The notes below the pieces were generated by a model. The model ran no database searches and had not been told where the DNA came from. It saw only the letters and a program-made list of their open reading frames with translations. A DNA stretch of 64,000 bases from Camelus dromedarius (lineage: Eukaryota): contig NC_087436.1 in assembly GCF_036321535.1 (NCBI RefSeq), forward strand, positions 56,980,001 through 57,044,000. Reading direction: 5' to 3'. Every line of letters begins with the position of its first letter. Positions within the stretch are counted from its first letter, which is position 1. A program made the position numbers and the translations under genes. Positions 29,161 to 43,185 of the stretch are shown in pieces.

Positions 29161-29734
29161 ATGGCTGAGTAGTATTCCATTGTATAAGTACACCACAGCT
29201 TCTTTATTCAGTCATCTGTCGATGGACATGGTGGCTATTGTATATAGTGTTGTTATGAAGATTGGGGTGCATGTATCTTTTTGAATTAGAGTTCCCTCTG
29301 GATATTTGCCCAGGAGTGGGATTGCTGGGTCATATAGTAAGTCTATTTTCAGTTTTTTAAGGAATCTCCATACTGTTTTCCATAATGCTGCACCAAACTA
29401 CATTCCCACCAAAGGTGTAGGAGGGTTCCCTTACTCCACACCCACTCCAGCATATGTCTTTCATGGACTTTTGGATGATGGTCATTCTGACTGGTGTGAG
29501 GTGATACTTCATAGTAGTTTTGATTTGCATTTCTCTGATAATCAGCAATACTGAGCATCTTTTCATATGCTTATTGGCTATTTGTATGTCTTCATTGGAG
29601 AATTGCTTATTTAGGTCTTTTGCCCATTTTTGGATTGGGTTGTTTGGTTTTTTGTTATTAAGTTGTATGAGCTGTTTATATATTCTGGAAATTAAACCTC
29701 TGTCAGTTGCATCATTTGCAAATATTTTCTCTCA
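29161..29734 (-). mobile_element. L1 ORF2 C-terminal fragment
   Basis: ORF 29357-29566 reads [26 protein letters not shown]. Highly similar to the L1 at 10472-11472 but in opposite orientation. Confidence 0.93.
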
Positions 29735-30139
29735 ATGTTTTTTAATGAAGGACTTCCTTAGAACTTTGGGTCAGACAATTCTCTACTGTTTTAACTCTTC
29801 TTCGCATTTTAGAACATTAGCTCCAGGGTGCTATAATAGTTACACTTTCATTGCACTTACTACATGTCAAGCATTGTATATATTTAGCACATGTAATCTT
29901 CACAACTATCTTATGAAATAAATATCATTATTCCCATAATAATAAGAAAGCCGAGGCACAGACAAGTTAAGCAACTTGCCAGTCACACTTCAGTCATTGT
30001 GACAATGAAAACACCCCTCCATCACATTTCCAAATATTGCATAAGGACAGAACACTACTTGGCTGACAGCACCAAATCTAATTCCACTATCATCTGGCTT
30101 CCATTATTGCAGCTGAGAACTCCATGGATCGGTATATTA

Positions 30140-31330
30140 AACTGATCTGGCTACTTTTAAGATCTTGCCTATGGAATTTTGAAATTTCACTACTGTGTGT
30201 TAAAAGACTGTATTTCTTTTAATATATTCTTCATTAGATTCAGTGGTCTTCTGAATCCTGAGACTTACTATCTTTTATCATAGCTGGAAATTTTTCAGTC
30301 ATTATCTCTTTAAGATCTCTCTCCTATTCTTTGTATTTTCTCAATGTGGATTTTCCATTAAATGTGTGTAAGGGTTTCTCCCTCTATCTTCCACATTCCT
30401 GATCTTTTTCTTTCATATCCTTGTGTACATTTTTGTAATATCTTTACCTCCACTATCTCAGTTTACTAATCTTCTTTCCAGCCATTTCCAATCTGCTATG
30501 TTGCCAAAATATTGAGTTTCTAATGTCAGTATTATATTTCTCATTTTTTGAAATTCATTTTGAAACTTTTCACAAATTTTCTTAATCAATTTTGGTAATC
30601 ATTTGTTCTTTCATCATACTTTGAATTATTTTGTATATTTAAACATATTTATTTTAATTCTCCTTTATTGTCAATTCTAGTATTGATAGTTTTAAAGGAG
30701 TGAATATAGTAGTTGGTGTTTCTGTTGACTCCCACTCATAGTATCTTGTTTTCATATGTGTTGACTAATTTTTCATTGTAAGCTGATTTTCTTTGGAACT
30801 TTTCTTATGAGATTTCTTTGACAACTAAGGTAAATTTTCTTTCCTCCAGAGAGCACAACTATCTAGAATTGCTTTAAAGTAAAAAAAAGAAAAGAAAAAA
30901 TTTGAGAGTGCGGGTTATGGTACAAAGATCATGTGAGTGCAGGTTTAAGATTAGAAATTATGAGAACCTTTCTTTTTTTCACTCTTCACAGAATGAGGCA
31001 GGGATAGCTCTCTGTGAGGATGGTTAATTTTTTCCTATGTTACCTAATGAGAATATTGTCCGTTAAGTGTCCAGATTTTATGCCAAGATCTCAGGTCTAA
31101 ACATCAGGGCGCCAGCTTTGTCTCTTTACCACGTGGATGGTCCATTCATATCCAGTGATCGCCTTCCGCTCTCTTGTTTTTGGCTTCTGAAATTTCCTTA
31201 ATTCCTCTGCCAGCATTAACCAGCAATCCTTTTTGGAAAATATTTTATACAATATTGTGAGAGGTGTCCTACTAGGAAGGGTTTCTCTGCCCCTCAGACT
31301 GCCAGATTTCCTGAAACAAAAGTCAAGGCT
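30140..31330 (-). mobile_element. Ancient L1/HAL1-like ORF1 region remnant
   Basis: T-rich antisense sequence with ggaaatttttcagtcattatctctt and similar old-L1 motifs. Subfamily uncertain. Confidence 0.5.
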
Positions 31331-31804
31331 GGATCTCTTATCAGATATCTGACCTTAAAGTTTTTGCATGCTGTGTATCTTTTGCCTATTTCTGTAAACT
31401 GATCTATAATATATTTTAGACTATTCTAAATGAAAATTTTATGAAAAGATCCCCACAAAGGAAACATAAATAAAAAATATTAAGATGCAAGCACAGGCCG
31501 ACAAAGGGAAATTACAAAGCTGCCTTTTCTCCTGCCCTTCTTCGGCAACTGTGTTGGGGGTAAAAAGCAAATGATAATCTAATCGGATATGAGAGGAGGA
31601 GGTAGTCTAATAAAATTAGTCAAATAATCAGGAAGGCCATTTGAGACATGAACTGAAGCCACAATGATTAGCAATAAGCTCTGTGCTGAGATAATTATAT
31701 TTTAAGATATTAGATAATTGTACTAATACACTTAGGTAATTTTATATGGAGGAAATACATATTTACGTGCTCAGTTTTCTTTCTTTTTTAATTCCTTCCC
31801 TGTC

Positions 31805-31950
<146 letters not shown>

Positions 31951-34319
31951 TCCCTTTATTTCCTATTTAAGCATAGCTAACTGTAAAAAAAATCTTGGAG
32001 ACCACAGCTATAATCAATCGCCTTACCTTTTGTAGACAATAAAGAGCTACTGAAGGTTTTGAGTCAAAGAGTAACATAATTATACTGCTATTTAGAAAAA
32101 TTAATCTAGTTGTAAAAATTAGGTATGAATCTGAAGGAGTAAGGCTGGAGGCAGGAAGATCAGATGCTAATGATCTCACTTATTGTTCCGGACAGCTTCC
32201 TCTTTCTGTTCTCAAGTATAACTTGATAGCAATTTCTTACAAACCTAAAAAGTCTGATTGGCAGTTAAATTGGAATTCTCACCAGTTATAGTATGCTAAT
32301 GAGGTGGTTTCCTTAACTATGTTTTAAAAATCATCACTCTCCTCCAAAAATAAATAAAAATAAAAATCATCACCCAAAGTAATTTCTATGTAAAAAGTAA
32401 CTGTGCTTCATAATCATGACTGAAAACTATTTGGCCACTGACCTACTGTTCAAACAGAACTTTAAAAAATTATCATCAGCAAGTCTAGCACACACTACAG
32501 TGTAATTAATTGAACATTAACTTCACTTTGAGAAGATAAGTGCTGTCTGTGGTCCAGACTAAGAGAATGAAACTTCTAGCAGAAAACTGACTAATTCTTT
32601 GTTTGTTTCTATAATGGTGTGCTTCACATTCATACGCAAGATGTCTTATTCCCATTTCCTTCTTTTGAGGAGATTAAAGTCAGGAGATTAAAGGCAAGTT
32701 TACCGTATTTGTCCACACAGCATCGCAGTGAGGTAAGTAAATATACATGCAACATCAGTGTTGGACCTTCTTCCACATTACGATGCTCTTTTCCTTGGAG
32801 CTGCCCACGAGAGATGGAAGGTGGCACTGCTTTGTCACCGCAGTGTTCAGAGACTACGTGTGTTGCTAAGGACCTCTGTCTTCCCTCTGGGAGAAAAGCT
32901 GTAATTGGTAGAAGAGTTAGAGTTGAAGAGATAAGAGAAAATAAAGAAACTAAAAGGAAATGCCTCTAGAATTGATTTTTTTTTAAAGATAAAGGAAAGA
33001 GGGGCCCGTGATATGGGTCTCGGCTTGAGTAAGAGTGTTTAATGTGGTAACAACGAGGGTGGTCACATTCTTGGTTAGTCATTAAGTATTTTGGAGGGCT
33101 AAAAATGAACAAAAGCAAACACAACCAAGGAAATTGAGGATAATTTACTCCCCTGGGTGGGCAAACACACACACACAATGTCAATGATTCTCGATCAATT
33201 ATATACACCCAAATATGTAGATCCAGGGCATAAAAGCTAAGGGTGTATTACAGAAAAGAATCAAGCTATATAGTAAAACTCTCTGGACTGCCCAGAAAAT
33301 CAATGATAAAGTTTTTAAAAAGCTTTCAAGGGTCTAATAATGGCCTTTATTATGGAAACCAAATGAAGTGATTATTGTATGTATTAACACAGTATGGTAA
33401 TGTAAGTGTATGATTTTCCCCAATTTATGGAGAAAAAGGGTTATGTTCTTTGTGTGATCTGTGGGTGGGTTTTCTTTATTGGGAACCAGAAATGAATGGT
33501 TTAATCATTATTTCCTTCTAACATATTGGCAGAAGCCATATCTTACTCACGTGTTTATCTCTAGAGCCTAGCACAGTACTTGACACACAGGAGTAAGTGC
33601 TCAATGACCTTCCTTTAATGAATTACAACCCTCTTCATTACAATCTTTCTTTCTGCCAAAATAACTATTCAGTAGATATATTTTGCAAACCAACTTTTTG
33701 TAAAAAGTTGAATATCTTTTTAAAAGGTCTTTCTTGTTAGAGAGGTCAACATTAATACACAACTGATGATGGAAAAGCATTTTATTATCTCTTCTAAAGC
33801 CACTTATTCTTATTTTTCCTATTAAGAGATACAGGATCTGGAGTTCATCTCCATGCCTGAATTCTAGATCAGCCATTTCCTAATTGGTGGCTTTGGGTAA
33901 GTTACTTACTCTTTATTATAACTGTTCTAACTTTCTGGGGTCAGTGGGAGGATGAAAGGAGAAAATAAATTTAAAATATTTAGAAGACTGGATTGTCTCA
34001 CATGTAGTAGTACAGTCAATAAAAGTTAACTACTGTTATTATTCCTGAAACAGAGTTTAGATAAACTTACCAATTAGCATGTTAGTCATTAGGATCAAAT
34101 GCCAAAGGAAAATTTTGAGTAAGGTAGTGCTTTACCATTTATGCAAATTCTTTTTTCAAGGACACTGAGAATATAATGTCACAGCACTGCATCAAATTAA
34201 CTTTTCCCAGAGAGAACTGACCACCCCACCGTGCTTTGGACACAATTGCATAGTAGAACCTACAACTTTTTCCTTCTCTAATTCTTCACGTGTCCTTTGC
34301 CTCCTCTGTAAACTATAAA

Positions 34320-35205
34320 GACCTCAGAGATAAGGATGGGCTGGATCTGATGCATCTCTGAATTCCAGAGCCTATCACAGTATCTGGCACTTTGTAAATG
34401 CTCACTAGATGTTTATCAAGTGGATGATTGACCATCACTGCATTTCTAGCTCTCTTGACTGTTCTCCTGAGCATCAGAGGCACAGAACCATATACCAACT
34501 ACGTATCTCCACTTGGATGTCCCACAGTCACCTCACCTCACCAACGTGACCCTCCTAGAATGTTCCTCATTCTGCATTTTTGACTTGGTGTTGTGCAGCG
34601 GATGCCTATGGCATGTGTTTTCCAAGATTATCACTGTTTCCTCACTGTTTCTGGAATCTGCTTTTTTCTCTCCATTGCATTCCAAGTTTCCTCTTGTCTC
34701 TTTGTACCCTGCCTTTAGTCTTCACAGTCTTCTCTCCCCACTCCCAAGTCCAACGCACTCTCCTGCCAGAATACTCTTTTTAAAATGCAAGTCTAATCAC
34801 AGTGCTTCTTTGTATAAAGTCCTTCAGTGTCATCCCAAAAAGTTTGGCTAAAATTTTAACTCTTTAGTATGACATAGTAGGCACTGACTTTCTCTCCTGC
34901 CTGTATCCAGCCTCCTCTTTCCCACACTCCAGCTCACCAAGGCACCTGAGTGACTGGCAGTCTCTGAACAGGTCCTCTGCTCTCATGGATCTGGGATTTT
35001 TGTAGAAGCTGTTGTCACTGCTTGGGGCCTTTTCCCATTCCTTTACCTGGTCAGCTCTAAAGTTCTGTATCATCTCCTTTGGGAAACATTTTCTAGTGTC
35101 TCCATTTGGATTCCATTTTCCATGTGCTCACCTCTAACGCATTTCCAATTTTGTAACTATCTTTTTACTTCCCTGCACCCATTGTTAGACTATGAGTCCT
35201 TGAGA
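34320..35205. mobile_element. L2 remnants
   Basis: cagagcctatcacagtatctggcac, ctccacttggatgtcccacag and tcttttaaaatgcaagtctaatcac are typical L2 3'-region motifs. Confidence 0.6.
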
Positions 35206-35729
35206 TCAGAATGGAAAGAGCACTAAATGGGTAGTCAGAAGAGGTAGCCTCTACTCTCAGCCTTGCTGCCAACTCTCAGGCTCACCACAGACAACTTATG
35301 AATGATGCTGGACCTCAGCTTTTCTTGCCTTTATTGTGCTCGTCTATTTTATCTTCATATGGAATCTCCACAGGGAATACTTTAAAAACACACGTGTGGT
35401 ATCTTTTATTCTATTGCATTTCTACAAGAGCTGATTTCTGTATGACAAAGCCACTTGGGCAATGCTTATTGACTGCTAGTCACAATTGACAAGGAGACCA
35501 AGAGCCATTAACTCAGAGCGAAGCAACTGAACCAGGAACATCCTTCTGCCCTCTGCCGTATTATTTTCACCAACTAAAATAACTATTGTAAAGGCCAGAA
35601 GCAAAACAAAACAAAACAAAATCAACCAAGAGTCATATAATATATGAGCATAGGATACAAAGAGGCAAAGCCAAGACAGGAAGCCAGATAAAGGCAAGAA
35701 ATTTATCAGGATGTGCCTGTATTATAGTT

Positions 35730-35968
35730 TAGGGATTAAGAGTAACACTTTTAAAGACAGACTGCCTGGGTTCAAATCTTAACTCTTTCAATTATTAGCT
35801 GTATGAATGTGGACAACTTCTGAGCCTCTGTTTCCTTACTTATCGAACAGGAATAATAATACTAACACATACCCCACAGTGGTGTTGTGAGGATTAAATA
35901 AATTAATTCATATAAAGTGCTTATAAAATGCCTGGTACCAGTAATTTACTCAAACTATGAGTATTATT
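35730..35968 (+). mobile_element. MIR SINE
   Basis: gacagactgcctgggttcaaatc...ctgagcctctgtttcctt...gttgtgaggattaaat core sequence. Other MIR-like pieces lie near 9.2, 29.9, 33.9, 40.5, 45.7, 52.7, 54.7, 57.0 and 60.6 kb. Confidence 0.85.
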
Positions 35969-35979
35969 AAGAGGAAATG

Positions 35980-36350
35980 GGGTTGGAGGTATAGCTCACT
36001 GGTAGAGCACATGCTTAGCATGCATGAGGCCCTGGGTTCAATTCCCAGTACCTCCATTAAAATAAGTAAGTAAGTAAATAAACCCAATTACCCACCCCCC
36101 AAAAAAGTCGCTTTCTCTCTCGCCTTCTGAGACGGCCCACACTCTGTTTATGGAGTGTGTAACTGCTTTTTCTTTAAACTAAACACCCGTACACCTCTCG
36201 GTCTCTCTCTCTGTCACCTTTTGAGATGGCTCACATTCTGCCTATGGAGTATGTATCTCCTAAGTCGCTTTCCCTTTGCAGTGAGATGGACCCAACTCAG
36301 TTCATGGAGTGTGGATCTCTAAATAAACTTACTTTCACCTAAAAAAAAAA
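35980..36350 (+). mobile_element. Composite retrocopy: tRNA-derived SINE (35980-36106) + LTR-like segment (36107-36340) + poly(A)
   Basis: A box tagctcactggtagagc and B box ggttcaattccc. AATAAA at 36322-36327, A10 at 36341-36350. The whole unit is flanked by the direct repeat aagaggaaatg (35969-35979 / 36349-36359). Confidence 0.85.
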
Positions 36351-39300
36351 GAGGAAATGAAGGACAGTAACTTAATCAAACCATAAAAGGCAGCCACATA
36401 TTTCAAAACGAAGGCCAAAATGAAAGGCCAAACAGATTAATTCTGAAGAATTAAGATTAGAGATCATTAGATAGTACTGACTGAAATATTGACTGGAAGC
36501 ATCATCACTGGTAATATCCTGCATAGCGTGCCACTAATTACATACATGCCATGAGATACACTGGAGAAGAATATGGTATTTTTCTTTTGGAAACAAACCC
36601 TTAAAATGATTATCACTGACTAAAAATTGAAATATTACTTTTGAAACAAGCCTTTTTGAATTTAGTTGGATAGTAATCACTTTATGCATGATCAGACTTA
36701 AACACACATCTAAACTAAAAAGAACACCTATAACTAGCTGGGATTATATTAAATTGTTTACAACAGAAAATTGTTCAAATAAAGCCAAAATCAAACCAAA
36801 ATTTTCAGCAATGTATTAACCTAGACTTACTGCAGAATACTTTATGGCCTATCATGAAAAAAATTTGGTAAATAACATTCTGAGCCTCTGGCAGATAAAA
36901 AGTAGGGTCAGCTTTACATCAAAAACATAGCCAGTTGGTTTGAGAATCCTACTTGAGATACTTAATAATAATCTCCTGGATCATAGGACCATCAACTCTA
37001 TTGAGCATTGATCTCAATGGACTAGAATTGAACATCATTTGAGCTGTGTACATAACTAGGCTTGAATACAGACTGAACCATTAACCAGCTTTTCATACAA
37101 ATATTTTTTATATGTCTTGGACATCAGATAAAGAAGTCCAACATGTTTCAGTTAAAAGCAGTCATGTGGCATCTCTGGAGGAATTGTTTCGCAAATACAA
37201 ATGTAAGTATTGGACACGTGCTAGAAAGGCAATAGGCATTTTCTTGGAGCTAGGGATATGACTTTTAATTCAAAGCTGAACTCAATTTGGACAGTGTATT
37301 TATTTATTTATTTTAAGGAATCAGTAAGGACATGAGTTATATTTTATGTAGCCAATAAATGTTATCCTCCAAAACCAAGCCAAACATACTCAGAAAGGTT
37401 TTGGCAGGAACTTAAGAACCACTGGTATGGTAGTCTCTCAAGATTCAAACCAAATATGATGAAAGTTCAAACTCAAATTAGAGAATATTTTCAATTTGGT
37501 TTTATTCAGGATAAACCTTTTTTTAAAGTATTTTTAGCTGGTTAAAAAAATACATATATACATAACATAAATTTACCATTTTAGCCATTTTAAGTGTACA
37601 GTTCTGTGGCATAGGTACATTCACATTGTTGTACAACAATCACCACCATCCATCCCAGGGATTTTTCACTATCTTAATGGATGAGTAGTTTTAGAGTATA
37701 TACAGGTTTGGCTTTTCCCAAATTGAGTCCCTAAAAGTGTCTTTTTGAAGAAACTTGATTACTTCACAGTTCCTTAAAAGAACGTGTATCTGAGATCACC
37801 ATACAAGTTAAATTTGTTCAAACGTATGCTTTGTTTGTTCTGTTTTTCAATTCTCTACCTGGGACCACCGGAAAACAGCCCTACTGGGAATAGACGTAAA
37901 GCAGTCCTGCTGAGCAGGAAGTTACTCTGGATTATCTTTTCATCCAATATAAAATAGTATAAGAATTCCGCAGTGTAAAAATAGTATTATCACTTACGCA
38001 CAAGAGTGATCAGTATTCCACTTCATCAAATAATTTTTAGATCTTCTATCACAATGTTTCTATTTTTTAAAGGAACATCTGAAGAAACTGAGAAAAAGAA
38101 AATACCAATGGTTTGCTGTGAAGCATTCAGCCTCCATCTTTCTTACCAAGTTAGATAACCACACCTTTTATTTCAAGATGACATCTGGTCTCCAAATATT
38201 TGTATAGAATGGAATTAACAGAGTTCATATATGACTTCTTGAGTTGGAGGAATGCTTTGAGCTTTGAGTTCAGCTTGGACAGGCATTATAATATTACTGG
38301 ATTGGCTGTAGAGTTGGCGACATTACCTTGATTCTGAATCAAAGAAGAAATACGATGTTGTACACATGAAACTTATATAATGTTATAAACCAATGCTACC
38401 TCAATAAAACATAAATAAATAAAATGGAAACAAACATTAAAAAAATCAGTTTTTTTTAAATGGGCAAGACTAGTTGGATAATAAAACTACAAATATATGC
38501 AAGGAAGGATTACTACAAAAAGCAAGAATAGTGGTTACTTGTAAGAGGAAGGAGTATGTTGAAGGGAAATTTCAGTGGGGTGACAGGTAAAGGTCTGTAT
38601 CTTGATCTGGTTAGTAGTTAGAATTGTGTTTACCTTATAGTAATGCACTAAGATGCACATTTGTTTTGTGTGGTTTTCTGTATATGTATTTCATTTTACA
38701 ATAAAAAGATTTAAAAAGTAAATCACAAAACAAAACAATAAGTACTATGAGTTTTTTTTTACCCATGGAATTAAAAAAAGAGTAAAATAATTACCATTAA
38801 CTCATATTAGCTGGACAATAAATTTGTGCAGCCTTTCTGCATGTCAGTCTGGCAATGGGCAGTATCATTTAAAATGCACGTAACCAATTCCTCTTCTAGG
38901 AATTAAAATAGAAAAGATTGTACAAAGATTTATGTACAAAATATTTACCATGGGAGAGAAGGAAAAACTGGCCAAACGAATCAAAGAAAGTTCTTTGTCT
39001 TCTTGCTTTTGCCTGAACGTTGTCATTATATACGTGGGCGAACTAAAGTGATCATTTCATCTGTGGCAAACAGTCACAAATTTTGCACAGTGGCATAGAG
39101 GATTAAATTTACCAATAAAGTAACAATTTTACCACCACCTACATAATGAATTTCTTTTCAGCAGTGAAAAATGAGCTTTTACTGTGAAACATCAAAAAAT
39201 ATCTCTACAGGAAGGAGAAATAGATTAAAAGGAAAGATAAAGTAGAAAAAAAAGAAGAGAGAAATGTTATCAGGCAATTCATTTTAACATGCTTCCTGGG

Positions 39301-42300
39301 TTTCATTGGGGGCCTTTGAAAAGGTTGACTTTTACAGCATTTTACACATGACTTGCAAACCTTAGCACCTAACACATTGTCAGGAACCTGTTCAGAAAGT
39401 ATTATGAAACTAGAATGGAAGGAAAATATGTGGAGCATAGTTGACGTACAGCATTTTCCAGAAGTTTCTAGTAAAGAGTGACCTGTGATGTTGGCCCCGG
39501 CTTACAACTTTGAGGGTCTTCCCAGTCAGGCAAGTAGTTGGTGGGGTGGAGAACAGTTTTCCACTGCTGCTAACAGGCTATGGAGATTGGAACACATTCA
39601 AGGACCTCGGCCTGTCCTTAACATCGCCTGCTTTATGCCAGGTAACACTGCCCCTCCCTCATTTGTATATGATCACAAAGCATTTTGCCGTGCAGATTTT
39701 CCTGACTGTTTATTGTTTGTGATAGACTTTTTATTTTATTTAACCTGCCTAAAAATGCTGGGTATGGCAGCTGGACTAAAGACATGATGGAAGGTTTTTC
39801 TTTCCAGATCTTCCTACAAATTCATACCCCGACCCCAGCCCATCCCACACAATTCTCCACCCACAACCTCAGCCCAACTCTCCTGAGTGATGGCTCCACC
39901 CAACTATTCCTATAGAGAATCAATATGTGAATATGCAAATTGCTATTTGAACAACCTGACAAATGTTGGTAAAGAATACAAAAAAAATTAAGGTAATGTT
40001 TAAATGGAGAGAAATATTAGGTACTTTGGTCTCAACTATTACCCAGAGCAAAGCTTTCATCAGAGGATGAGTTTAGAAACGTTAGACACAGAGAAAAACA
40101 AGTCTCAGAGGAAATGACTAATAGAAAAATGATAAGAAATGTTTGGTAAGATTGACTTACATTGTCCAGTGAACTTGCATTTTTAAATTTAATTTTGTGT
40201 ATTTGCAGCTTTTAGGAAAAAATAATATTTAAGACTATTTATATCAACCTTTAAATTTGAAGTTTATCAATCAAATTAAACAACCAAGTAATAAGAAGTT
40301 CTAAACTTGTAGGGAATGGTCCACTATACTTCTTTATCCTGAAGAATCTTCTCTCCATGCAGAATGGTTGTAAACCAAAACTTTGTGAAACACTTTCGGG
40401 TAGTTGTAAGAGCATAAGGCTTGTGATCAACGGCACTGAGTCTGAGTACTAGTACCACTACCTAATAGCTGTGTGACCTTGGGTAAGCTGCTTAATCACT
40501 ATTAGCCTTAATTTTCTCATCTGTACAATGGGTCTAATAAGATTTACATTACAGATATGCTGTGTGCCTTAAACAGCCCTACAACTATCACTATTATGAA
40601 ATAAGCATACCAAATATTTGAATTGATTGCAATATTCTCACTTTAAATTTTTATGGAAATTATTTTTGAAAACTATATACCATAAGAAAATTATTAAATA
40701 ATTAGAATACTTGATTTTATGCCTCATACTTTACATTGTCTCTGTTTCTCCAAGGTTCTCTCCCTTTCTTTCCTTTTAAAGCAGAGGGCTATGTTAGTGG
40801 GCAGTGGTGGTTTGAGAAAGGATAGGGCAACCAGGGCTCTAATGCTTTCTCTGCTGATTTTTGACCAATGTCCTTTTTCCTGTCCTGAATATCAAGTCCA
40901 CTTTTGTGGGTCCTGGGGTCCTGAGGTCATGGATTCTTAAGGGTTATTGGCACGGCATCTCCTCAGTGTATGTCCTCCTCCCCACCTTTAGGGAAACTTG
41001 GGTCATAACTGACTACATAGATTTAATCAAATGCCACTCCTCCACTTGCTACCTGTCTGCCAAAATATTTTTTGCAATGTTTCCTATACTCTTGATTCCT
41101 CCCTTTCTCTTTGCCCTTGCTGACGAGATCTTCCATACTGTCTTTTTAGTGGGGCTGGGCATATTAACATGTGTCTTCATATGTCATGCTTAGCCAGCTG
41201 CTTGAAAGAACAAGTTTGGAAGTTTAAACAATAAGATGCAAACTAGATATGAATAAATAAAAAGAGAAAACAATTATAAAAACTTCAAGTATAGGAATAT
41301 ATAAGAATAGTGATTTTTTTCCATTCCTGAAAAGGAGATCAAGCCATACACTTAATTTGAGCACATCCATCATATAACTTTTAAGATAACACAGGAAAAA
41401 GTTTCAACACATTTTTTTACAAAGCACATTTTTAAGATTTTTTTCTATCTTATTCTCTGAATTTATAAATAGGACTTTATAAATAGGATCCAAAGAACGA
41501 GAACTAAAACTAAACACTCAACTGGCTCAAGTTCAAACTTCACGTTTTGAAATTCATAGGATGCTAAAAGAGGTCTTCGACTTTGGTAAAAGATAAGAGA
41601 TGACTTTGATTTTTTTAAAAAGAATGTAGTACCTTATATTTGCCAAAATTGACAAAATGAACCATGAACAGCGACTTAATCTTGGTAGCTGATAGGCATC
41701 TAAACACCATTTTGCTTGAACTGTTTAAATGAAGAGAATTTGCTGTATTCCAGAGCACACCTACCTCTTACCTGCTGTTTTAAAACAGGAAACAAGTAGA
41801 AATTTAAAATTGACGTGGGATTACCACTAGATTAGAAGAAATAAAAGACAAAGATTTGTTTCTGAACACTTACAAAAACATTGTAGCACATTAAGTTTAA
41901 GTCCGTGTAACATAGTTTTACATGAATTTCTATGTATTTGCAGAAAAGGAAGACTGTCTTTCAAATTGAGCCTTACCAAATGTCTGCAATTAGCAAGCCT
42001 CCATTCATCTAAGATCTGCTCCTTAGTCTGGAATTTTTGGAAATTGAATCAGGTCACTCAATATTTCATGAACCACTAAAAAACTAAAACATAAATTTAC
42101 TAACATATGCTAAAAATATGCTTGCCAAATAAATAAAAAAAATTATTGTCAGTTGTTTAGCAGATCCTCTTTTCAAGTGTTGCATCAAATTATAGAGAAC
42201 TGGATTATCTTAATGAAGAGCATAACCAGTAGTGGGATCAGTCTGCATGGGAAAGGGAATACACCTATCTATCAAAGCATCTTTGATAGCGATGAGAAAC

Positions 42301-43185
42301 TGAAAATTGTCTTACAGAGTTTTTCCTTTCAAAGTTTTCTTGCAAGACACCACAAGAAAAAAATCTTTACAGGAGACATCTTCCAGTACTAGTCCCAGTG
42401 TTCAATACATGTTGGTTGTGTGAATGTTAATGAAGCGATAGTCTTGTGTTAATTACTCATTTATGTGTGTACTTTTCATTCCTTGATTAAACAGAAGTAT
42501 TTGATTGAGGCAGGTCTCTCTCTTTGAAAGAAATAGAACTTAGGGAGGATAACAAATAGATTTTGAGGAAGGAAGTGAATAGCGAAATGGTCAAAACTAC
42601 TGTGGCAAGCAATTAAACAAAAATGTTGTGACCACAGAGCCATGTGTCTGACATATGTTACATGGGCTATGGGGATCTTGTTAATATTTAGGAAGCATTC
42701 AGTTCTTTTTCAGAATCACATTTATGTATCTTCTTTTAGTTGTGACATCAGTCCACAGATGTTGAATTTTTACCATTTATATAAATTCCTCCAAATCTAG
42801 GCCTTTGAGACAATTCTGAGTCTTTTCCCCTAGACTACAGTGGTTCACCCTAGTTGAGGCCAGTAGCTTCCCACGAGCTACTGAAACTGTTTATGTTAGC
42901 AGGATGTACACACTGCCAGGAAACATGCCATCTCCAGCCTTTGTGGACAAGGTCCCAGCATTTAGCAGCTGGTGTTTTCTCTCCATATGGCTCAGTCTCA
43001 TAATGGACCAAAGTAGTCCTGTAGCAAAACTGTATCTCGCAGGCCAGAAAAATGTTTCTTAGCGTAACTTTGTTCACTGTTTTCTCTGGATCTTTCTGTT
43101 ACTTTGCTATAGATGAAAACTGCTTTTCCTTTGCTTATAAAAACCCTATTTTTATATTCTTATGGAAGTCTGTGCTCCAAGGATT

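Noticed and set aside
35980..36055. tRNA-like sequence with A and B boxes as a real tRNA gene
   Set aside because: It is the head of a SINE: followed by the SINE body and tail, and matched by four other diverged copies in the window.
36107..36320. Three spaced direct repeats superficially like a CRISPR array
   Set aside because: Mammalian context, diverged repeats, irregular spacing and no cas genes. Better explained as LTR-internal tandem duplications.
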